In this document: piece after piece, positions 53,575-64,000 of the stretch
Layout: every line of letters begins with the position of its first letter
How positions within the stretch are numbered: the first letter of the stretch is position 1
NCBI RefSeq assembly: GCF_006345805.1
Contig: NC_043000.1
Coordinates: 84,506,001-84,570,000, forward strand
DNA: 64,000 nt
Direction of reading: 5' to 3'
Origin: Octopus sinensis
Lineage: Eukaryota
The notes under the pieces: generated by a model
Told to the model about the DNA's origin: nothing
The model's input: only the letters and a program-made list of their open reading frames with translations
The model's database searches: none
Translations under genes and position numbers: made by a program

Positions 53575-54090
53575 AACTTAAGGCAATACAACAAAGCTAC
53601 ACGAGAAAGCCTATATGCAGCATATATGCTACTGGGAAAGACTCAGGAGATTAAGACTCTATTTCTTAGAGCGTAAACAAGAAAGATATTCCAAAATATA
53701 CATCTGGAAGTTCCTGGAAGTTCCTTGGTCCAAACGTGGCATCGAGAGTTACCCAAAAGCTAGAACTGGGCGACACTGCATAGTGCCAAGGACTCCAAAT
53801 TTGCCATCAAGGTATAGGGCAAGATACTGCAAGAGCCTAGGCTTTAGAGGACCACAGCTTTTCAATATCATTCCGAAGGACCTGAGAGACCTGCATGGGG
53901 TGGACGTAGGTGTCTTCAAAATAAAGCTGGACCTTTTACTGTCAAGAGTCCCAGATGAGCCAACTTCGCGGCAGGAGATGCAGATGAGCGCAGCGGCATC
54001 AAACTTCCTCATGCAACAAGTGCCAATTCCTAAAAAGCATTCCTGAAGTACAAATATTTAGCAACACCAAATGGTGGTGACCCGGCATGG
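53575..54090 (+). pseudogene. CR1/L2-group LINE 3' end (RT C-terminus and tail)
   Basis: [70 protein letters not shown]. Confidence 0.85.
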
Positions 54091-54178
54091 CCACAGCTCA
54101 TGAGCTAGATAGAATCAAATTATATATTATATATATGAGTATGTACATATAGTTGCATATATACATATATACATATAT

Positions 54179-54243
<65 letters not shown>

Positions 54244-54272
54244 TATATATATATATACATATATATATATAC

Positions 54273-54310
<38 letters not shown>

Positions 54311-54362
54311 TATATAATATATAAATATATATATATATATATACCTATATATATATATACTA

Positions 54363-54436
<74 letters not shown>

Positions 54437-54438
<2 letters not shown>

Positions 54439-55075
54439 CGATGGGTGAATGAATTATCCTGTGTTCACCGTCAACTTGAAAATTCGATGAACCGATACCA
54501 GGGTAGCAAATTCACGTCAGAAGCACGGTTGAAGCGACCAATCCAAAGGTAGAATCTCCGGGTCCATGTGCAGAAATTTGTGTGTTATATATGAATAAAT
54601 AAATAAATGGAGTTGAACGAAGATATTAATAAAATTCCTTTACTTTCGACATATGTTTCGAAGACAACATGGTTTTATACCAAAGGAATAAACGGTGTAA
54701 GATGCAATCTGCTCATCAGGAAAGAAAGGGAGCCGCTCTCTCAACAACAAGACAAAATAATAATTACGATGACTGCCTACATGATAAACAAAACGTTAAT
54801 AAGTGTTTTAAAAAAACGTTAGTAGAATTGACGTCAAAGTTAGATAGAGAAGGGTTAAAGGAATAATAAATAGGGAACAAATAGAGAGGGAGGGGTACGT
54901 TGATTATAAGAATGTTCAAAGGCTTAGGAAAGGCTGATGAAAAGATTGCATCTTACACCGTTTATTCCTTTGGTATAAAACCATGTTGTCTTCGAAACAT
55001 ATGTCAAAAGTAAAGGAATTTTATTAACATCTTCGTTCAACTCCATTTATTTATTTATTTATTTATTTATTCATA
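54437..55075. mobile_element. Penelope-like element end: leader plus a fold-back with ~130-bp arms and a ~210-bp spacer, each arm carrying a hammerhead core
   Basis: 54588-54719 is the reverse complement of 54934-55075. Same leader and arm architecture as 3661-4148; (TA)n on both sides. Confidence 0.75.
54643..54724 (-). ncRNA. Minimal type I hammerhead motif, intact core
   Basis: CUUUC-CUGAUGA-G...C-GAAAC-AUAU-GUC^GAAAG, with a 5-bp perfect stem I. The mirror copy at 54934 lacks stem I. Confidence 0.7.
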
Positions 55076-55077
55076 TA

Positions 55078-55175
<98 letters not shown>

Positions 55176-55179
55176 AACT

Positions 55180-55490
55180 TAGATATTTTCGTCACCAATG
55201 ATTGGTCCAGGCCATGTCTAACTTAAAGCACCACCTGATGGGATTATTTGAAACCTGTTTAAGTCAAGTTTTGTCATAGGTCCATTCAAGTAGTGAGTTT
55301 TTGTTGGGTGAGTTGTATCCAATTATGGGTGGCTTATCTGGTATCTCCTTGAAGGAATCTATTCAGACTCCGTTTAAAGTTGATGGGATCCTTTTCCTCT
55401 TTGATCTCTGTCGGGACAATGTTAAATAGGGCAGGAAAAGAAATTATGTTGTAGTGTACATGTATGCTGTGATCTTGATTGGGCAGGGAA
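55180..55490 (-). pseudogene. CR1/L2-group LINE 3' fragment of a second family
   Basis: Minus strand reads FPALFNIVPTEIKEEKDPINFKRSLNRFLQ then IPDKPPIIGYNSPNKNSLLEW. Confidence 0.7.
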
Positions 55491-55491
55491 C

Positions 55492-55540
<49 letters not shown>

Positions 55541-55545
55541 GTATG

Positions 55546-55585
<40 letters not shown>

Positions 55586-56179
55586 GTGTATGTATATACA
55601 CACATACATATATATAGTGAGAATTTACAAAAAAGGAAAAAGCGAAACGGTGTGTAACAACAAACAGATGTATTAATTTAACGCTAGGAAGTGAGAAACT
55701 AGAGGAACATAATTAATAACCACACTCAAAATCGAATATATACATATATTCTTCTACATTTATAAAACGGATATAAGTTCCAAATATATAAATATAAAAC
55801 TACATATAAATAGATAAATATCGGTGTGATACATGAAACTGGGAATTTTAAATTTAAAAGTTATAATATATTGGTGTAATAAAACTTTGAGATGATAAAG
55901 CATTAAAATAATGTAACAATACACAATTTTTTTAATTCCATCAACGGGCTGTTTCAGAGACGTGCCAAGTAATATGATATATTTCATATTTTTAAAATCG
56001 ACACTCCTCTCATCAGGAAGCTTTCACACAATACAGAAACAGATACAGAAATACAATTATACAATTACATACAAGCCAGCCGAAAAATTATACATATATA
56101 TATATGCACACATATATATACACATACATACATATATACACTATATATATATATACATAGATATATATACATATATAAA

Positions 56180-56527
56180 GAGGTAAAGACCCCCTTCGGT
56201 CATGAATGACCATGGGATTGCACCTAGAAAGTTACCCTCCTAGTCACAAGTCTGGGCAAGGTGGTTTATGGAAGGCCAGCAGTCGCCCATGCATACCAGC
56301 CTCCCCTCTCCACACCACCAGTGTTATCCAAGGGAAAGACAAAGGTCGATACAGCTTGGCACCTGTGACGTCGCAACTCATTTAAACAGATGAGTGAACT
56401 GGAGCAACGTGAAATAAAGTGCCTTGCTCAAGAACACAACACGCAGCCCGGTCCGGGATTCGAGCTCACAACCTCACAACCTCACGATCGTAAGCTCGAC
56501 GCTCTAACCACTGAGCCATGCGCCTTC
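56180..56527 (-). mobile_element. tRNA-derived SINE family D
   Basis: Minus-strand head ggcgcatggctcagtggttagagcgtc...ctcgaatccc; body gtgttcttgagcaaggcactttatttcac. Confidence 0.8.
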
Positions 56528-56584
56528 CATACATATATATACACATATACATATACATACATAAATATTCACATATATATGCAT

Positions 56585-56679
<95 letters not shown>

Positions 56680-56685
56680 CATCTA

Positions 56686-56975
56686 TATGGCCCAGTGGTT
56701 AGGGCAGCGGACTCGCTGTCGTAGAACGCGGTTTCGATTCCCAGACCGGGCGTTGTGAGTGTTTATTGAGCGAAAACACCTTAAAAGCTCCACAAGGCTC
56801 CGGCAGGGGGGGGGTGATCCCTGCTGTACTCTTTCACCACTCTTTCTCCCACTCTTTCTTCTGTTGGCATGCTCGCTTAGGCAGCGGGGTGGCGTCATTC
56901 GGAGGCTAAAACAATACGAACGCATTGTCACCAGCGATGTATGTAACAACATCTGTTGGTCTGGTCGGTCACGTG
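56686..56975 (+). mobile_element. SINE family C variant
   Basis: ggcccagtggttagggcagcggactc...tttcgattcccagaccgggcgttgtg. Confidence 0.8.
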
Positions 56976-56977
56976 AT

Positions 56978-57016
<39 letters not shown>

Positions 57017-58624
57017 AGATAAATAAAAATATATGCATACATACAAACATATATGTACGTACCTACATCTACATGTATATATACATGCATATATAAATAA
57101 TTATACGGAAGTACAGGACATCACAATAAGACGTAGAAACAGAAAAAAACAAAAAACAAGAAAACGGAAAACGAAAACCAAATACAGGACAGGTTACACA
57201 AGGACAAAACCCCCGTCATCAGCTGTCGCTAGATGAGTCAGGCATGTTTCGAAGGCATAACAGAACACTAATCCAATAGGCCTTCCTGCGAGAGAATTAA
57301 AATAAAATTTCAAGCAGCGGGGCACAATGAGTACGAACACAAACAAGACGTAACACAATAAGACTGCTGCAAATTAAAATACATGTACAAAAACAAACAC
57401 AAGAGGACGAACGAAAAAGCCTTTTTTCTGGCATAGACAAACAATAAAACTGCAAAAATAAAAATACATGTACAAAAAGTACAATTAGTTACAAAACGAG
57501 AAAATAACAAGAATACTATACAGGAAATTAACCACACAAGGGGACGAACGAAGAAGCCTTTTTGCTGGCAAGGACGAAAGTGTAGTAGCAGCGCGTGGAG
57601 GCAATATATATATATATATATATATACATTAATATATACACACATGTATGTATGTATGTATGTATGTATGTATGTATGTATGTATGTATGTATGTATGTA
57701 TGTATATATAGGTATCCAGTTAGAGGAATTTAATACCTCTAAGGGATAATTAAATCCAGTGTCACTGCTAGCTATTAGCTGGGTAGGTACAGTATTTTCG
57801 TAATGAATATATATAACAATACAATTATAGGCGGTTTTACGTTTGCTACAATTATATTCACCACCAGGCTGACATCAAGCTTATATAAGAAGGCTGTTTT
57901 TCCTGAGATGTATATTAAAAAACACGCAGAAGTCTGTACTTCGTGCAAGTTTGTGCTCGATATAAACATGCGTAGATAGCCAACCAAGTCGGGGGCCAGC
58001 TTAGTATTTAAAATACTAACACACAGAAACACAGAAAAATATGTAATGTATTAACACACAGGATAATTAAAATAAAACACGCGAGTGAAAAGAACCTCGT
58101 GGTGTGAACAATTAAATGTGAAAAATCAACATAGACAACAGCCGCACAGACAACAGTGAACCACAACGCAGTGTGTGGTTGTCATGGTAACAAACTGCTA
58201 ATGCTACACTGTCTGTTGATTGGCTAAAATTACCCAAATTTCCTAACTTTAATGCCAAACAACATCAGATTCTTTAATTTACAAGATAAAGTAATTGGTT
58301 AATCGTAACCAAAGTTCAGAGTTGCGTCGATACACCAAAATTGAAAGCGATCTGTTCAAAATTAAGGGTGGGGGGTATTTTGCGAATGAGAAAGACTAGT
58401 TTCGAACGGAGAGGTACCCATAAGGGACAATAGCAGGATGGGTTAAAACGACCGTTGTGCAATATAAAGATTAATACCAAATCCATTTTCTTGTTTCTTA
58501 AGAAACGATCCAGCAGAAACCCTGACTGCAAATGACACCAAGTAGCCCAAACCGTATCAGATGACACCAAGTAGCCCAAACTCAACGCTTCAACACACTA
58601 ATCAACATATACCCGTTAGTCCCT

Positions 58625-58810
58625 AGATCGTTAGCTCCTACGCACATTTTTTTTCTCTCCTTGTTTTTTCTGTGTATCTTTCTGTTGAAGAGCGTAGGCT
58701 CGAAACGTAAAAGACTTTTTCTATTCCTGAGTGCTATACTAATACATTTGTTTGTTTATACTCCACCTGCCTTCGTCTTTTGTTTATTTTCGTAAACTTT
58801 CCCATTATAT
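58625..58810 (+). mobile_element. Penelope-like 3' fragment with a hammerhead variant (CUGUUGA) at 58677-58714
   Basis: UCUUU-CUGUUGA-A-GAGC-GUAG-GCUC-GAAAC-GUA^AAAGA. Same family as 21276; its tail also appears reversed at about 55615-55700. Confidence 0.65.
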
Positions 58811-58816
58811 ATATAT

Positions 58817-58920
<104 letters not shown>

Positions 58921-59926
58921 CACACACACATATATATATATATATACACACACACATATATATACATACACATATATATATACATATATACACATGTAAG
59001 TACATATATTTATATATGTATCTAAATTTTGTACGACTCTTTTATTCTTTCATTCTTTCTTTCTATCAGCCCCTTCACATTTACTTTGTTCTTTCTACTC
59101 TTCTTTCTTTCATTCCCCCCTCACATTTCCTGGCTTTCTCTTCATTTCACTTCACTCTCTCACTTTTTTTCTCGTCGCTCCCTACTTCTTCTGTCCCTCT
59201 GCCTCTACTTCTCTTCTCTCTCCCCACGTGACCGGTGTTCGGCCAATCCTGACCTTTCTTTCTTGGTTCGACTACCATCCGTGCAACATCGATATTCTTC
59301 CCCATGCCTCTCATCTCTCATGTCCCTGCCGTAAGGCTTCCCTTTCACACACGTTAGCTTAAATTAATTCGTCCTTAGTCGAAAAACATCTGCTGTTATG
59401 TCCTGTTATTTGCATTTGAATTTGTGTACCATTTCTCCGGTTTTCTTCGTCCTTGTTTTCGTATACATTCGCTGCTTCCAGGGAATCTCTGAGCTTAGTT
59501 TTTCCTTTGGGCTATCCAGATTGGAGCAATCTCGAGTATAACCAGCCGAAATTGCAAAGATAATCAGGAACTCAATTAAGAAAAGAAAACTTTGAACGAC
59601 ACGTCCGTGTTATTTTTTGTCCCTATTTTGTATCATCTCTCTGGATGCTTTCTTGTCCCTTTGTATCATCTAGCTGCCTGGATGTTTTACCTTCTTGTAC
59701 CATTTTTTGTATTTTTTATACACACATATATATATACGTATATACACGTATATATATACATATATACACACACATATATATATGTATACATATAAATAAA
59801 CATATAAATACATACATATATATACATATAAATACATACATGTATATACATATATATATATACATATACATATATATATAATATATATATGTATATGTAT
59901 ATATATATAACTATATATATATATAT

Positions 59927-59981
<55 letters not shown>

Positions 59982-60196
59982 CACACACATATATATATAT
60001 ACATATACACACATATATATATATATACACATATATATACATATACATAAATGTACATACATATATGTATATATACATATATGTATATGTACATATATGT
60101 ACATACATATATCTATATATACATATGTATATATACATCTATATATATACATATATATATACATACATACATGTATATATACATATATATACATAC

Positions 60197-60236
<40 letters not shown>

Positions 60237-60238
<2 letters not shown>

Positions 60239-60452
60239 AGGCGCGTGGCTTAGTGGTTAAGGTATTGAACTCATGATAACAAGGTTGTGGTTTCGATTCT
60301 TGGACCAGGCGATGCGTTGTGTTCTTGAGCAAAACACTTCATTTCCACGAGTAATCCTGCGACGGACCGGCGTCGCGTCCAGTTGGAAAACTTCTACTCC
60401 ACTGAATCCGGGAAACCGGCCCTTATGAGACTCGCAAGGCTCGAGAAGAAAC
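60237..60452 (+). mobile_element. tRNA-derived SINE related to families C/D
   Basis: ggaggcgcgtggcttagtggtt...tttcgattc; ctgcgacggaccggcgtcgcgtccag. Confidence 0.8.
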
Positions 60453-60624
60453 ATTTATCATATATATAGACATATATATACATACATACATATGTATATA
60501 CATACATATATATATAGATACGTATGTATATACATATATATATACACATATATATATACATATATCCTCTACCCTCATATTTATTAATTTATTATATATA
60601 TACATATATATATATATAATATAT

Positions 60625-60720
<96 letters not shown>

Positions 60721-61007
60721 TTTATAGAAATATATATATATATATAATGAATTAATAAATATGAGGATAGAGATTTACACATCCAGATTTTATTATACAG
60801 TTAATCACATCTTTCATTGTAAGGACCCTGATTAATACGATGAAAATGAATGCTGAACACCGCATTGAGCACTCATATATATATATATATATTATATATA
60901 TATATGTGTGTGTGTGTGTGTATGTGTGCGTGTGTGTACGTGTAAATGTATATATATATACACATTCATATACATGTACATATATATGTATGCATATATA
61001 TATATAT

Positions 61008-61040
<33 letters not shown>

Positions 61041-62173
61041 GTATATACACCCATACACACGATATGCGTGTATGTATGAGTGTACGCGTGTGCGTTTGTC
61101 AGGTTACGTTTATGTCAACAATAATTTATTCGCTAATTCTTCTGAAAACTTTATTCATTTCCTTCTTTACATGTTTCAGATTTATTTTTCCTTCGGTAAT
61201 AAATGATAGCAAGAACGGAGAATAAAAAAAAAAAAACTTCCCGCATTCTTTTTGCAACTGAAACAGCCATCGGCTCTACGTATATAAGTTACTACAGCTT
61301 TTTAGTGACCTTGCGTTTAACTGCTCTCATACGAAATTGATTCGCGTGATGGCTGTGAGCGGTTATAAGTAACCCTTTATTCTTCAACCAACTGTCTTAT
61401 ACAGCTCGTAGTGAATCTCTTGATGGTGTTTGGTACTATTTCCTCAGCTTAGAAAATATAAAGAAACTTGAACATAATTTCAAAAGGTAGTACAAACGAC
61501 GAATATCAAATGATATTACCTGAAGGAGCGGCGACATGAAGCGAAAAAAATATATAAATGATATAAGAAAGAAATAGAAGAACTGGAAGATCTAAGAAGA
61601 TTCCTGTTGAAACCAAGTACCACATTAATGAATATTACTTTTTCCTGTTTATTTTACTAAAACACAGTTGATGTAATGCTAAAGTATCTGTTAAAGCATG
61701 CTGATTATGTGTGGGGGCTTCTTTTCATTTCCTTGCGTTAGCAGGAAGCACAGGATTCTAGGGAGAAACGTTACTAGAAGTATCGACATAATACACCAAT
61801 TAAACTAGCTCCATTAATTCCATTAATATCGCCACGGAAAAATGCGGTGAGGTACAGCACCAGTGAGGCAGCCTACTAAACTGATTACATTATCGATTAA
61901 GTTGGTTATAACCATTCCGTAAATATTTGTGGCTGGTGCTACTGTAAGAAATCAATAGTACTCCAGAGGAAAGCCGAAATTTGACAGTAAGAAATAAAAA
62001 GTTGAACTAAATACTTTATATTCTTTAGTTCTTAGTTCAAATTACAGCAGAGTTGATTTTTTCTTTTTTCACCTTTCTCTAGTTTCGTTGTTATCTAAAC
62101 TGAGATTTACTTTTAAAAATGACATTGATAATAATAACAGCAAGTGCACTCAAACAGCGCAAACCTCCGCCAA

Positions 62174-63943
62174 TGTTTCTTTTGGCACTACGGTCACAAC
62201 ACAGAAGGGACACTACAAAGACAGACACAGCACCACAGTGGGGACAAAAACATAAAACGAATGAAAATGAGATGTTATATAAAAATGAAAAATGAAATGG
62301 CTGCATACGCCCACTCCCATACAGTATCATTTTACAATCGTTCTATTATCTTATTGCTTTTTCTTAATAATGTTTTTTCCTCTTTTTTTCTCTCTTTTTT
62401 TAAAAAAATGAAACAATTTTCCTTTTTTCGTCCTTCAATAAAACAATTTTGCTTACTTTTTCCCTTTTGAATATCTCATGAAAGGTTCTAAATCTTTTAG
62501 CTCCACTACAGGTGGCAATTCATCGAACTCCACCATCACTCCTGGTTGGTCAATCCCTTCTCCACACGTTTTTTAGCTAGTTGTAGGTGTCTTTGTCAAC
62601 CACAATGGCCTTCACATTCTCGGAATACACATCCGTGGGCAACTTAACTCTTATATGTTTAAACTTTAATACTTTCTTTTCGGTTTCTTTGCTTTTCTCA
62701 TTTGTTTTCTCCTTTCCTGCCCTGCTCCTGTTACCTTCTTCCTTTCTTCCACCTCCCTGAGCAGACTCTCCAGTTGCATTTCCAAACTTTCCTCCTCCAC
62801 TGGAACAACTGGTGTCCTCACCAATGTTTCCTCCTTATGCAACTCCACCTTGAACACTTCTTCAGGTTCCTTTTCGCTTATATTTTCCACCACCATTTCG
62901 TCTTCCTTCCTTCTGGTCTCCTCCATTTCCATCTCTTCTTTCTTCTTTTTCTGCTGCTCTGGCGGAGAGCTCAATCTCCGCTGCTTCTCTTTCTTTTTTA
63001 AATACCGTGAACCCCTCCTCCGTTGCTTTCTCCTTTATCTCGATCTGTACCTCCTGGTCCGTGCTCTCCTGCCTCTCCGACTGCTCTATCTGTTGTTCCC
63101 TCTGGGGGCATCTCGCCTTCATGTGGCACTTTTCCCCACATGTAGAACATACGGGCGGCCTGCTCTCTACCAACACTCTCAGTCTTACTTCATCGGGCAG
63201 CACTATCTCGTCAACAATTCTGTTTAGGTCTTCAACTGTTGCTTGAACGGTTAACTCTATTTCATATCCCCAGTAGTTAACCCTTTGGGTTCTTGTGGCC
63301 TTCGATATCTTGGCCTCCTCATTCATGTCATACATTATGACTGTCATCAACCATGCTTCTTTCAGTTCTGGGGCACTTTGCCAACTCGCACCGTGGCCAC
63401 ACTTTTTCCACAGTACGATGGCAAAAGTACCCAATCTTCTTGCCTTCGTGGAGTGCTTAATCTGATGCAAAACGCACCTCCACAGAAGCGTACTTTCTCC
63501 CTCTTGTTATATATGTGGTTAGTCTTTTTATATTCTTTAAACATTCTTCAATAGCCTCTATTGTTGCTATTTCTATTTTCCTTGTTGCTATCTTCATTGT
63601 CTTATATGTCACCGTTCTTTTCATTATGTTGGCTGTTAGTTCCACAGGCGGCGTTAATTTCAATGTATTTTCGTCTATTTCCAGCAATTTCTCGCATTCT
63701 TTCATTTTTCGAGGTTCAACCCTTATTTCTCATACCTCCATCGATTCCACGTCTATCCCTTTTCCAGTTGCCGTTGCATAACTGTGGCCACCTGCTGGCG
63801 TTTCCTCCATTTTTCCACAATGAGAAAAAACAATAAATCAAAACAACACTAGCAACAATTTGAACATTAACAATCAATTGAACAAATATTTAACAGTATG
63901 TCTTACGTCTAACATGACAAAAAACAATTCAAACCGCTTGTGA
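62174..63943 (-). mobile_element. ORF1-only L1/Tx1-like element, copy 2, with a 16-bp TSD
   Basis: Colinear with 36523-38282. TSD (minus strand) TTGGCGGAGCTTTATG at 63944-63959 and TTGGCGGAGGTTTGCG at 62158-62173. Knuckle CSTCGEKCHMKARC. Confidence 0.8.
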
Positions 63944-64000
63944 CATAAAGCTCCGCCAAGGCAACACCAACGACCTTATTTCTTTTGAGCATATGGCTCT

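Overview
Eukaryotic, AT-rich, microsatellite-saturated DNA with no recognisable intact host gene. The SINE families and repeat landscape look like an octopus (coleoid cephalopod) intergenic or intronic region; this is inferred from recognition, not from a database search. Nearly all listed ORFs are simple-repeat artefacts or transposon relics. Supported content: many tRNA-headed SINEs of about four families; decayed Tc1/mariner transposases; L1/Tx1, RTE and CR1/L2 reverse-transcriptase relics; a Gypsy integrase fragment; Helentron/HINE-like elements; minisatellites. Two things stand out. (1) At least four distinct Penelope-like or retrozyme-like repeat families carry minimal type I hammerhead ribozyme motifs in tandem or fold-back arrangements. 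One is a 363-bp unit whose hammerhead has a compensated U3-A8 core (UUGAAAA) instead of C3-G8. (2) Two diverged copies of a 1.76-kb ORF1-only Tx1/L1-like retroelement are each inserted at the same site of a small DNA-element terminus, with a 16-bp target-site duplication. Repeat boundaries were read by eye and are approximate to about 10-20 bp unless stated otherwise.
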